Source of the DNA: an uncultured virus (IMG/VR IMGVR_UViG_3300027892_000017)
Lineage: Duplodnaviria > Heunggongvirae > Uroviricota > Caudoviricetes
Strand: one strand, 5' to 3'
IMG/VR virus record: IMGVR_UViG_3300027892_000017
Coordinates: 1-64,000 of that record
Length of the DNA: 64,000 nucleotides
In this document: positions 1 to 9,142 of the stretch, in pieces
Numbering within the stretch: the stretch's first letter is position 1
How the letters are laid out: each line of letters begins with the position of its first letter
Notes under the pieces: generated by a model
The model's input: only the letters and a program-made list of their open reading frames with translations
Told to the model about the DNA's origin: nothing
The model's database searches: none
Translations under genes and position numbers: made by a program

Positions 1-965
1 TTTGGTGCTGTCGATGGTGCTGGTGCCGCTGTAGTTGCTGCTGGTGCCGCACCAGAAGCTTGATTCTGTGCTGTTCTTAATGTTGCTGCATTAGTGGCAG
101 GTGCCGCTGGAGTACCACCAGTTGCAGGTGCCGCTGGAGTACCACCAGTTGCAGGTGCCGCTGGAGTAATTCCAGCTAACTGTTGTAATCGTTCTTTACC
201 GCCAAATGCTTGAATATCTCTTTCACTACCATTCGCTAATGCCGCACGAGCTTGATCAGGTGTTATGGTTGCTTTAGATGTGGCACCCCCCGGGTTGGCA
301 GGATTAACTGGAGTTGTGGGAATGGCTGTTGTCACTCTAGCATTCAGACTTGTTTGACCAGGGTCAGTTGTTGTTGAACTGCGGGCGGCTGCGTTTGCTG
401 CACCTTTGGCTGCTCCAGTTTGTACTTGGTCTGCTGTTGCTCCAGTTCCAAATTGTGGCTGTCCGGCATCAGCTTGATTTGCTATTGGTGCTGGCGTTGC
501 CGGAGCAGGTGTTGCCGCTTGTTCTGGAGGCATCTTATCGTGTGCTGCTTTTGTGGCTGGACCATATGCACCGTCTGCTGACACTCCCAATTTTTTCTGT
601 AGTGCTTGTACTGCGGCAATAGTTGCTGCATCATATGTACCAGTATCTGCAATACCCAATTTCTTTTGTAATGCACTTACTTCGGGGCCTTTCATACCTT
701 TACCCAACACACCCTTGTTCCAAGTTTTAGGAGCTGCGGCTGCTGGTGCTGCGGCTGCTGGAGCAGGTGTTGCTGCCTGTCCTGGAGCTGGTGCTGCTGA
801 ATCTGGACTCTTACCAGCTTGTACGGCTTGTGATCTTGCAATCATGGCTTTACCTTCAGCACTGTTTGGGTCTACATTAGTAATTGATCCGCCGCCAGGT
901 ACTACTGTGTCTGGAGCTTCATGTAGTTGTGTTATTAAATCAATATAGTCGCGTAGTGTTTTCAT
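1..965 (-). CDS. Pro/Ala-rich protein with a peptidoglycan-binding (PG_binding_1-like) domain; runs off the left edge, missing from ORF track
   Basis: Manual translation from ATG at 965: MKTLRDYIDLITQLHEA...VLGKGMKGPEVSALQKKLGIADTGTYDAATIAAVQALQKKLGVSADGAYGPAT, matching the PG-binding helix pattern (G..V..LQ..L...G.Y...T..AV...Q...G...DG.yGP.T). Same frame reads Pro/Ala-rich at base 3. Confidence 0.8.
   Translation of the reverse strand, partial: MKTLRDYIDLITQLHEAPDTVVPGGGSITNVDPNSAEGKAMIARSQAVQAGKSPDSAAPAPGQAATPAPAAAAPAAAAPKTWNKGVLGKGMKGPEVSALQKKLGIADTGTYDAATIAAVQALQKKLGVSADGAYGPATKAAHDKMPPEQAATPAPATPAPIANQADAGQPQFGTGATADQVQTGAAKGAANAAARSSTTTDPGQTSLNARVTTAIPTTPVNPANPGGATSKATITPDQARAALANGSERDIQAFGGKERLQQLAGITPAAPATGGTPAAPATGGTPAAPATNAATLRTAQNQASGAAPAATTAAPAPSTAP
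97..168. repeat. 27-bp coding tandem repeat (TPAAPATGG, ~2.7 copies)
   Basis: gcaggtgccgctggagtaccaccagtt at 97-123, 124-150 and partial 151-168. Confidence 0.95.
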
Positions 966-966
966 A

Positions 967-3171
967 TTATCTTAATCCGGCAATTTTTAACATCGCAGAT
1001 AATTCTGCATTTTCTTCTACTTGTTGGTTGTTACGTTGTGCTACTCGAGCTTTGATAGCCTCAGTAGCATTGTGAACAGGCTTGCTACCAGCAAGTTCCA
1101 TCATACGATCGTGCTGTTGTTTAGCCGCATTGTGTGCTTTGTATTTTTCCATAACACTGTGGCAAGCACGTTCAACCATGCCATCAAACTTATCTGCTTT
1201 TGAGCTTCCTGGTTCTATGTTATACTTTTCTTTAAGTTCTTTGCACATTTTAGTAACAAAGCCCTCTTCACCAATTGTCATAGTTCCTTCGTTGCTATTA
1301 AAGAATCCGCTTACACGTTCCTTAATATCACCAAACAATTTTTCTGCAACATTTGATTTATTACGTGGCTGACTATCTACATAATCTTCTGAGGTCTCAG
1401 CAACCGGTGCTGCTGGTGCTGGAGGTACAGCTGCCGGGTCTACTGGTGCTGCTGCTGGATCTACTGGTGCTGCTGCTGGATCTACTGGTGCTGCTGCTGG
1501 ATCTACTGGTGCTGCTGCTGGATCCGCTGGTGCTGCTGCCGGATCCGCCGGAGGAGCGCCTTCAGCATCAAATCCCAACGTGGTTGCCAAGTCTGTTTCA
1601 TTTTCTGAATCATAAGATTTTAAAAATGCTGAAATAATTGGACGAGCATCCAATTCATCTAACCCCAAATCAGCAAGCAATTCAAATGCTTTGTCTAATT
1701 TGTTGTTATCGATGGTGCCACGCAAGCTACTAGTTACGTTGTTACCGTTCGTTCCAATTGGTAGTTCTTGTTTGAATAAATCTTTTAAAGTCTGCATGGC
1801 TTGTTCGCCAACTTCATCTTCTTTGTACAAGTCATCATCTTCACGTACAATACTGTCAAGTACGTTTTCAAATTGAGTTGCTAATGAGTTTGGATTGTAG
1901 CTATCGCTTATTGGAGTGGGATCTTGACTAGTTCCACCTTGGCCGTACATGTCGTTTTTAACAAGGTAATTTTTACCTTTAAATGTGAATACTGTTTTGC
2001 CTTGTTGATCAGCTTGTATCAAGGCATCGTTAAATGCGTCTGCTTCTGCAGATTGATCTTGATACTGACTTGGGTCTTCCAATCCATGTGCTGCCAACCA
2101 CTCAGGGTCTTGCATTTGTTCAGGGGTGGGATCTATACCACCTTGTGATAAAGATTTCTCTATTTCTTGATCTGTTACTTCACCCAGTAAATCATCTGCT
2201 GATAAATTCCTAACTGGCAAATTGGTTTCACCTACTAGGTTATAAATGAATGGGAATACAGATTTCATTTCTTCATTGAACGTACGGATTGTCAAACGAT
2301 CAATCCAATCATTCATAATTTCTTCTGGAATGCTTTGTGCTGTACGAGCTTGAAAGTTTTCTGCAAAGTGTGAATAATATGCAGGACGCTGTAGGCTATG
2401 AATTTCACGTTTAACTTCTTCAATACGTTCCATTACTTTACTAGTAATGTCTCCCATTGCTTCACCCAAGGCTGCATTGCGACCAACGTAACCTTTAAAT
2501 TTACGTAGACCAGCCAATTCTTCTGACAAGCCAGTAATGTGTGAGCCAATTGCATCATACGGTGTTCCACCGTTTTTAATATGTTCTGCAAGAGCACGAG
2601 CACCATTCAAATGTTTGTATGGATACTTAAATCTTTCTCCAGCAGCGTTTTCAATAAAGATGCTGTCAATGTGTTGTGTCCTACCGTTAGGCGCATTATA
2701 GTTAACTGGTGAGCTATGTCTAACAATGATCTTAGCTTCTCCAATGTCTTGGTAACTAGTTTTACTTGTACCAGAAAGTCTTGATTCTGTCATTCTTCCT
2801 TCTCCGATAGGATCTCTTTTATCTAAATTACTTTGGGATGGATTTTGTAAATCAAAATCTAATCCGTGTGTTTGTGCAAAATCGCTCAATTCATCTAAGA
2901 AGTCCATCCACGATTCATCACGTGGATTCTTACTCCATAGAACGCTCATTGCTGGCTTTTCATCTGCATCTGATAAACTTATAGAAACGTTTGTTAGTTT
3001 TTCACCGTTACGATCATCAGTATAATCAAAGCTAAGTTTGCGGGTATCTTGATCCCTAAAGTTTCTACCATCGATAGGTTTAGAGTCAATCGTTTCCTTT
3101 CTCATACTAGGAAATCTAGTTGATAGTTGGGTAACTAGGTCTTTTGCGATTCTTTCAAAATTTGCATTCAT
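967..3171 (-). CDS. Large acidic virion/head-associated protein of unknown function
   Basis: ORF 967..3258; likely start is MNANFERIAK at 3171, just after an ATAAATA box and clear of the terminase overlap. C-terminus MLKIAGLR. Confidence 0.7.
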   Translation of the reverse strand: MNANFERIAKDLVTQLSTRFPSMRKETIDSKPIDGRNFRDQDTRKLSFDYTDDRNGEKLTNVSISLSDADEKPAMSVLWSKNPRDESWMDFLDELSDFAQTHGLDFDLQNPSQSNLDKRDPIGEGRMTESRLSGTSKTSYQDIGEAKIIVRHSSPVNYNAPNGRTQHIDSIFIENAAGERFKYPYKHLNGARALAEHIKNGGTPYDAIGSHITGLSEELAGLRKFKGYVGRNAALGEAMGDITSKVMERIEEVKREIHSLQRPAYYSHFAENFQARTAQSIPEEIMNDWIDRLTIRTFNEEMKSVFPFIYNLVGETNLPVRNLSADDLLGEVTDQEIEKSLSQGGIDPTPEQMQDPEWLAAHGLEDPSQYQDQSAEADAFNDALIQADQQGKTVFTFKGKNYLVKNDMYGQGGTSQDPTPISDSYNPNSLATQFENVLDSIVREDDDLYKEDEVGEQAMQTLKDLFKQELPIGTNGNNVTSSLRGTIDNNKLDKAFELLADLGLDELDARPIISAFLKSYDSENETDLATTLGFDAEGAPPADPAAAPADPAAAPVDPAAAPVDPAAAPVDPAAAPVDPAAVPPAPAAPVAETSEDYVDSQPRNKSNVAEKLFGDIKERVSGFFNSNEGTMTIGEEGFVTKMCKELKEKYNIEPGSSKADKFDGMVERACHSVMEKYKAHNAAKQQHDRMMELAGSKPVHNATEAIKARVAQRNNQQVEENAELSAMLKIAGLR
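1435..1550. repeat. 21-bp coding tandem repeat (PAAAP[V/A]D, ~5-6 copies)
   Basis: ggatctactggtgctgctgct units repeated. Confidence 0.95.
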
Positions 3172-3184
3172 AGTAATATTTATG

Positions 3185-4765
3185 TTAATTGCTGGAAACA
3201 AAAATGGGTAAAGGCGCCTCGTAATCGTCCTCGGTATGCACTCCAGACAATGTTTCAAACACTCTAGGGTCCCAATCTGCTACTAGTTGGCTCATACGCA
3301 CGATTAATAGCAATGCACTAACAAGATCGTCGTGGTCTCCGCTTTTGGCTTTGAAGCTGAACCCGGAAGCAATAAAACTCTTCAATTCTGATATCAAACT
3401 CTTAGAATTCAACTGCATTTGACTACTTTCAATAATATGCTTTAATCTAGCACAGGCAGCAATTTTACTTCCGTGAGTAGTGTTAAACCCTTTGCGGAAT
3501 TTACGGACGTGTCCTTTACGCATTGGCTCAGATATCATAAGTCCAGAAAATTGTTCTTCCCCCTGATCTTTAATACATACCAGTCCGGCTTCTCCAACAG
3601 TATTGTTTTCAATACTCCAATATATGTTATTTGCAGTCCCTTCCATTTGGTCTTCTAGATATTTTAAAATGTCTTTGAGAATTTTAATTTGACCTTGAAT
3701 TGGGGTTAGGTTGTGATGCCATTCTGCAACTTGTTTAAAACTAGGCAGTTCAAACACTTCAATTGCAGCGAAGTCGCCGCCAGTGCCCAAACTTGGATCC
3801 AAGCTAACAAGGTATATGTTATCAGGAGTTGGTTTAGTGTACCAGCGAGTCTGGCCCATCTTAAACACTGGTTCTCGTCCTTCCATCTCACTTAACTTGA
3901 TACTGTTGATAAGTGTTTCATCGTAAATTAAGAACTCGCATCCATACTCACGACGGAATCGTTCTTCACCAATACGACCTTGTTCTTGTTTGGCCCAAGC
4001 ATCGTCTCGATCAGGATGTTCTTCCCACTTGCAAGTATAGGGAAAGAATCCATTAATACCCAAGTCTTGTTCGTTGCCGTATTCGTCAAATTTATTATTT
4101 GCTTCTTTCCAAATAGTGGCAAACGTGTCTTCGTCACTGTTGGGTGTTGAAGTAATAATTGCACGACCACCAGTTGCTAGTGTTGGTGATATAGATGTCC
4201 AAAACTCTTCTGCAATGTTAGGTTGCACAAATGCAAACTCATCACAGTATAGTAAGGATATAGACATACCACGACCAGTGTTACCGGTAGTAGTTGCTGA
4301 TACAATTCTTGAACCGTTGTCAAATTCAATACTCCCTTTGTTATAGTTTGTTACCCCACTGCGTATATGATCTGGACATAACTCGTATGCATAACGTATA
4401 CGTTGCATAATTTCTTGTGAGCCAGTATACTTGTGTGCTGCGATTAGAATAGTTTGATCAGGATGGAACATTGCATACCATAACAAGTATGCAGCTGCCG
4501 TTGTAGTTTTACCCATCTGTCTAGGCAACATATTAACAGTAAATCTGTGATTGTGGTATGCGTGTAATAATCGTTTTTGATATTCAAACGGTGCTAACAA
4601 CAATTTACCTTTCGTTGGATGCTGAATATAAAAAAAGTGTTCTGTGAAGTATGTATAACCGTTTTTAGGATCCGCACAGGCTAAAAGTTCAGAAACTTGT
4701 GCTTCTGAAAACTTATCTTTTTTGTGGGCCTTTTTTGTAAGTACCCCGTCTAAACTTTTGCTCAT
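3185..4765 (-). CDS. gp17: Terminase large subunit (T4 gp17-like)
   Basis: Walker A PRQMGKTT, Walker B LLYCDEFAF, motif III ITSTPN, RNase H-like LDPS.G.GGD and HDDLV. Confidence 0.97.
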   Translation of the reverse strand: MSKSLDGVLTKKAHKKDKFSEAQVSELLACADPKNGYTYFTEHFFYIQHPTKGKLLLAPFEYQKRLLHAYHNHRFTVNMLPRQMGKTTTAAAYLLWYAMFHPDQTILIAAHKYTGSQEIMQRIRYAYELCPDHIRSGVTNYNKGSIEFDNGSRIVSATTTGNTGRGMSISLLYCDEFAFVQPNIAEEFWTSISPTLATGGRAIITSTPNSDEDTFATIWKEANNKFDEYGNEQDLGINGFFPYTCKWEEHPDRDDAWAKQEQGRIGEERFRREYGCEFLIYDETLINSIKLSEMEGREPVFKMGQTRWYTKPTPDNIYLVSLDPSLGTGGDFAAIEVFELPSFKQVAEWHHNLTPIQGQIKILKDILKYLEDQMEGTANNIYWSIENNTVGEAGLVCIKDQGEEQFSGLMISEPMRKGHVRKFRKGFNTTHGSKIAACARLKHIIESSQMQLNSKSLISELKSFIASGFSFKAKSGDHDDLVSALLLIVRMSQLVADWDPRVFETLSGVHTEDDYEAPLPIFVSSN

Positions 4766-4779
4766 GTGTTTATTTACAT

Positions 4780-4807
4780 AAAAAAAGCGGCCACTAGTGC
4801 CGCTTTT
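4780..4807 (-). terminator. Intrinsic terminator (possibly bidirectional)
   Basis: aaaaaaaGCGGC cactagt GCCGCtttt. Confidence 0.85.
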
Positions 4808-4827
4808 GAGTAGACATATTGTCTGTG

Positions 4828-5409
4828 TTATCTGTTTTTAACTTCAGTATACAGATTTTGTAATTGTGCCATTAAGCCTTCTGATACTTGATTGTAAGGA
4901 TTTCCGCCACCATTAACTTTCTCAGCCTCATTACCACCTTTACTGTTTAAGTCGTTGCCTTTTGCAGTAACGTCAGCAACTGTGCCATATTGCTCATCTG
5001 GAGAATTTGCATGATCAACTATTTCATCAACTTCAATTTCTAAATCTCCAGCTGCGCGATCCATACGACCGTCATTGCCACTAATACTTATCATGCCCAT
5101 TGGTCCAGAAACTGCGTCACCTTCTTCGCCGTCTACACCTTTTAATAAGTCCATCAAATCTCGAATGTTTTCAGTTCCACTAGCGTTAATGCTAACATTC
5201 ATTGTTACAGGAGGTGGAGAACTCATGCCGCCCATTGATCCCATTGGGCCCATTCCGCATTCAGCTACCTCACTTTCACTAAGACCTGACAGTTTCTTAA
5301 CTGCGTTAAGATCCATATCGTTAGAGAATTTAAATTCAGCTTGCTCTTTTAGTTGTGTTACTGGTGCATCTAACGCACCAATCTTTGATATTAAATTTTG
5401 AAAATTCAT
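4828..5409 (-). CDS. Acidic Gly/Met-rich hypothetical protein, probable internal head protein
   Basis: 193-aa ORF in late cluster; KKLSGL motif; several x-x-E putative protease sites. Confidence 0.6.
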   Translation of the reverse strand: MNFQNLISKIGALDAPVTQLKEQAEFKFSNDMDLNAVKKLSGLSESEVAECGMGPMGSMGGMSSPPPVTMNVSINASGTENIRDLMDLLKGVDGEEGDAVSGPMGMISISGNDGRMDRAAGDLEIEVDEIVDHANSPDEQYGTVADVTAKGNDLNSKGGNEAEKVNGGGNPYNQVSEGLMAQLQNLYTEVKNR

Positions 5410-6020
5410 TTCTTTTGTCCTTTAAATGGATCAACAAATTTCATGGCTAATGAGCCAATAGGACTTGTTGTTCCAAGGTTGTCGTCCTTTTGTGGTTGGT
5501 TGCCATCAGGTGCTGATTTTGCTAACAATACATCGTTAACACCTTTGTATTGCTCGCCCTTATGACTAACTTTTCCTAGATCTTTTAAAAATGACAGCTG
5601 ATTATCTTGCTTCTCACCATCTTCATAAGGCTTGTTTAATAGTGCTTCGCCTTTAGTTCCAATTCTAGCAAATGCTTCTGCGTTTGCTTCAAAGTTTAAA
5701 TCTTCTTGCATTGTGCGAACAACAATGCAGCCTTTATTAATTTTACATGTATCAGATAAAAGTTCTGTAATAACCTGTGGAGTTGCTGGGTAGCGACAAA
5801 CCACATCAAATATAGTAACTTCTGAGTTCTTTAATGCTGGAAAGTCCAATGGACTTTCTTGAATGGGCAATCTGTTTCCTTTGCTTACACTTGCGCAATC
5901 GTATTTTGACAGTGCTTCTTTAATAGATTTTGCAAATCCACTATCTAGCTTCCCGGCAATTTTAATTTTAAACTCGTAAGTTTTAACGGTTTCTACAAGG
6001 TAATCGATAAATGTTGACAT
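5406..6020 (-). CDS. Hypothetical virion protein
   Basis: 204-aa ORF; late box ATAAATA at 6044-6050; N-terminus MSTFIDYLVE. Confidence 0.65.
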   Translation of the reverse strand: MSTFIDYLVETVKTYEFKIKIAGKLDSGFAKSIKEALSKYDCASVSKGNRLPIQESPLDFPALKNSEVTIFDVVCRYPATPQVITELLSDTCKINKGCIVVRTMQEDLNFEANAEAFARIGTKGEALLNKPYEDGEKQDNQLSFLKDLGKVSHKGEQYKGVNDVLLAKSAPDGNQPQKDDNLGTTSPIGSLAMKFVDPFKGQKK

Positions 6021-6046
6021 TTGTTATGCTTCCAGTAATAGTATAT

Positions 6047-6523
6047 TTATTTCATATTCTTTAATTTTTCCAGCAAGCTATTGCGGTCTGTGATAATAAA
6101 ACCGTTTCCTGGAATATCAATAGATCCCTCTCCATCTGGATTAGCATCTTGATCTAATTTTTGTTTCTTAAGCTGAAGTTCAATCATTTTCAACTTCTTA
6201 TCAATCTTTGCTGATTTGGCGTCAATGGCGTTCTTAAGCATGCCACCAGCTACTTCAAAGATTCTACTGCTGTAACGTGCTTCTACATTCATGCCCAAGT
6301 CCATTAGGTCATCATATGCATCTGTAGCACGTTGAGCTAGAGCATCAAATTCGCTATCAGCTAAATCTCCCAAACCTTTTACTTGCGGCAAACTGGCAGA
6401 AATTTTGTCAAATTCTTCCATACTTCTTAAGAAAGGCTCAGCAGATGGTTTAGCTGGCTTGACTTCATTGGCTATTTTCTTGTTTTCGGGCAAGTTTAGA
6501 ATTTCTTCAAGTTTCTTTGTCAT
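6047..6523 (-). CDS. Putative terminase small subunit (gp16-like)
   Basis: 158-aa helical/coiled-coil protein ending in 'IITDRNSLLEKLK', near TerL and gp4; call from size, pattern and synteny. Confidence 0.55.
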   Translation of the reverse strand: MTKKLEEILNLPENKKIANEVKPAKPSAEPFLRSMEEFDKISASLPQVKGLGDLADSEFDALAQRATDAYDDLMDLGMNVEARYSSRIFEVAGGMLKNAIDAKSAKIDKKLKMIELQLKKQKLDQDANPDGEGSIDIPGNGFIITDRNSLLEKLKNMK

Positions 6524-6530
6524 AACTTAC

Positions 6531-6968
6531 TTATTTAACTCCGCCTTGGTGGAATAGATCTTTTTCGCTTAGTACACGAAACTTGATACCCTGTCGTTTA
6601 CACCAAATCTGGGCTGCTTGCCATTTGGCTTGATTCTTAACAAATTGGGCTTGATTGTATTTGCCTTTGCCAACACTTTCTAAAGTGGCTTGATTTGAAG
6701 GTTTAACCTCAATAAGCTCAACAAACATCTTCCCAGTCTTATCTACATATTGTATGAAAAAATCTGGAATGTAAATGGTCTGTTTATTTGTCAACGGATC
6801 GCGATACGGAATACTGATGGCTTCACTGGCCCAACGTTGAATTGATGGGTGTGTATCGCAAGTGTTCATGAAACTCCATTCCCAGCTACTTCTGTATGTG
6901 GGGGTTTTATTTCCTATATATTTTTCAGGGTGTTTGGGTACAAACTTTCCGTGGGCAAATCGGCTCAT
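6531..6968 (-). CDS. gp4: Head completion nuclease (T4 gp4-like, TnsA-N fold)
   Basis: PEKYIG...YRSSWE...WASE...IPY...YIPDF...IEVKP...NQAKWQAA motifs. Confidence 0.92.
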   Translation of the reverse strand: MSRFAHGKFVPKHPEKYIGNKTPTYRSSWEWSFMNTCDTHPSIQRWASEAISIPYRDPLTNKQTIYIPDFFIQYVDKTGKMFVELIEVKPSNQATLESVGKGKYNQAQFVKNQAKWQAAQIWCKRQGIKFRVLSEKDLFHQGGVK

Positions 6969-7333
6969 ACAACAATGTTACGGCTTTCGTAAGTATCAAC
7001 AATAGACACTACGTTATAGCCAAGTGTGCTTGTTTGTTCTCTATATGAATTTAAAACTTCTGCAACTACTTTTGCTAACTGCACATCGGTTAAACCCTTT
7101 AATGTGTCAATTAATTCAAATACACTAATGTTATCAAGTCTAGCTTGATTTAATAGTACAATGCCTGTACTACGTGCAGCCTCTTCATCAAATCCACGTT
7201 TTAAAAAGAAACCCAGTACTGCGTCAATTTGATTACTAGGATACGTTATTTGGTGAAGAAAAAATTTATCAAAAAAATCTCTTACTTCACGTGAATCAGA
7301 TCCAGTTTCTGTAATAGGTAAATTACTAGCCAT
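6965..7333 (-). CDS. Hypothetical protein
   Basis: 122-aa ORF translationally coupled between neighbours. Confidence 0.6.
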   Translation of the reverse strand: MASNLPITETGSDSREVRDFFDKFFLHQITYPSNQIDAVLGFFLKRGFDEEAARSTGIVLLNQARLDNISVFELIDTLKGLTDVQLAKVVAEVLNSYREQTSTLGYNVVSIVDTYESRNIVV

Positions 7334-7336
7334 ATT

Positions 7337-8407
7337 TTAAAAATCCACTTGATTTGCTTGGGTAGTACCACCATTGCCCGTTCTAGATGGGAATACTACA
7401 TTTTTTAATCCGCTCAATCCTGCAGCAGCAACAGCTATAGTTCCGCCAATAAGTAAGTTTCTTCCTTCTTGTCTAACACCTGCATTAGTTAAGCCTTTCG
7501 TGTTCTGATATGTATTAACTGCGGTTATGGCAGTTGATAAAAAGTTAGCTGGGCTCTCAAAAGCTTCACCACTAGCCAAACTATCCAACACATCAGCTGC
7601 ACCGTCTATAACGCCGCCTGGGCCAAATATACTTGATGTGCCACCACCAGCTGCGGATAGTGGGCTCGGTGATTTATCATAATGATCAACTGCAAAACCT
7701 TTCACTTTACCGCCTCTAATAGACCCAATATCATATGCCACTGCTTCATAAGCAACAGTCATGTTGTTTTCGGCGCCTGCTGATCCTTGATCGCTGCTTT
7801 GTACTTGATCGTGAGTAAATGAAGTGATTAATGGATTGATAAGAGTATAGCTCACATACTCTCGTTTGTTCAGTTGATACAAAACAATTTTATTAAAAAA
7901 GGGAATTGAACTTCCGTTATCAAAGCCGTACGTTGTTCTAATGTAGTTAGAACTTTTCATTGCAGTGCGACTGTATGCTCCAGGCGTTTTAGCTGCACTT
8001 GGATCCGCGTAATAGTATGCATAATAATTTTGCCACATGGTATTAATAATATGAGCGCGGTCATCATGAAATTTAATATTAATTGGCATCAGCTCATGAT
8101 CCATTTGTACAACTTTTTTTCTATTGTACTGATTAAGGGTAGTTGTTTTTAATGTGAATTTTGGAAGATCAGCACCCTTGACCAACAAACCAATTTCATT
8201 TTGATGTTGATATTTCAAGTTCAGTGACTTTAGAGCACTTGTATTGATGTCAAAGAATACGTGATATAGGAACTTACTCTTAGGAGCTAGCCTAAAATAG
8301 TCGTCTTGGAACGTCCTGGATGCGTGTTGCCACGATCCAAGATTACCCTTGGGGTTAGTTATGCCATTTACTAGCTGATCTAAGAAGCCGTTGTTTTTAC
8401 TTGCCAT
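7337..8407 (-). CDS. Tail-tube-fold protein (second gp19 paralog or gp54/gp48-like tube initiator)
   Basis: PKSKFLYHVFF...LPKF...NQYNRK...PINIKFHDD parallels PKLKYRFRVMF...P...YNSK...IVLRDD of the adjacent tube protein. Confidence 0.7.
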   Translation of the reverse strand: MASKNNGFLDQLVNGITNPKGNLGSWQHASRTFQDDYFRLAPKSKFLYHVFFDINTSALKSLNLKYQHQNEIGLLVKGADLPKFTLKTTTLNQYNRKKVVQMDHELMPINIKFHDDRAHIINTMWQNYYAYYYADPSAAKTPGAYSRTAMKSSNYIRTTYGFDNGSSIPFFNKIVLYQLNKREYVSYTLINPLITSFTHDQVQSSDQGSAGAENNMTVAYEAVAYDIGSIRGGKVKGFAVDHYDKSPSPLSAAGGGTSSIFGPGGVIDGAADVLDSLASGEAFESPANFLSTAITAVNTYQNTKGLTNAGVRQEGRNLLIGGTIAVAAAGLSGLKNVVFPSRTGNGGTTQANQVDF

Positions 8408-8456
8408 ACATATATTTATTGATTACAATTAACTGCGTATATAACTTTTAATCAAT

Positions 8457-8481
8457 AAAAAAGGCTGTTGCCAGCCTTTTT
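8457..8481 (-). terminator. Intrinsic terminator after the tail tube gene
   Basis: aaaaaaGGCTG ttgc CAGCCttttt; GCAA loop on the minus strand. Confidence 0.88.
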
Positions 8482-8482
8482 A

Positions 8483-9109
8483 TTAACGTCCTGCGCCAGT
8501 TGTTAAAGTATTTACAGTACGACCAATTGCTGTACCAACACCAGTGCCTTGTGGGCTTTGGATACAGTTATCTGGTTGAATTGTAATGTCAATAGTTGAC
8601 GGACCTTGTTCACCGTATGCTAAGTTTTGATAGTTAGCTGCGGTTAGGTAACAACCATAACATTCCCAAGTTTCTAATACTGTTGGTGTGCTGGCTCCGT
8701 TACCGCCGTCTAACATTTCAATACGTAGTGTGAACTTATAATCTACGCCTGAAGCTGCTGATGCTTGTTCAAAGAAGTCAAATTGTTTTTGTAGCTGTTC
8801 GCCAACTAATTTGCTTACTGAACCAGTTACGTCATCACGTAAAACAATTGCAACGGTACCCCATACTGGCTTACCTGCAAAGTTAATTTTACTGTTATAG
8901 ATTTCAATAGTCTGATTAGCAAAGGTTACTGTTGGGCGAGCAGCACTTTGTACTTGCTTAGTAAGTTCTGTTGTTGGTGTACTGACACCAAAGTTTTCAA
9001 ACATCACTCTAAAGCGATATTTGAGCTTTGGCATCAACAAGCCTTGTGCTGATGCGCTAGCATCTGATGCTAGCGGCACTGTGAATTTTGATAATGTTGC
9101 GATTGCCAT
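8483..9109 (-). CDS. gp19: Tail tube protein (gp19-like)
   Basis: 208 aa, directly downstream of the sheath; tube-type motifs (YRFRV.F, P.V, W.....LRDD, LETW...GC). Confidence 0.88.
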   Translation of the reverse strand: MAIATLSKFTVPLASDASASAQGLLMPKLKYRFRVMFENFGVSTPTTELTKQVQSAARPTVTFANQTIEIYNSKINFAGKPVWGTVAIVLRDDVTGSVSKLVGEQLQKQFDFFEQASAASGVDYKFTLRIEMLDGGNGASTPTVLETWECYGCYLTAANYQNLAYGEQGPSTIDITIQPDNCIQSPQGTGVGTAIGRTVNTLTTGAGR

Positions 9110-9142
9110 AATTAATATGCTCCGTTATTGATATTTATCATC

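Noticed and set aside
97..1550. Tandem repeats as a possible CRISPR array
   Set aside because: No spacers; unit lengths are multiples of 3 and encode Pro/Ala linkers.
3172..3258. Upstream extensions of ORFs 967..3258, 14671..16035, 54287..55240 and 59442..60500
   Set aside because: They overlap neighbouring genes or promoters; internal starts at 3171, 14851, 54401 and 60455 fit better.
3185..4765. Intein or intron in terminase, portal, capsid or gp46
   Set aside because: Lengths and motif spacing are normal and the frames are continuous.
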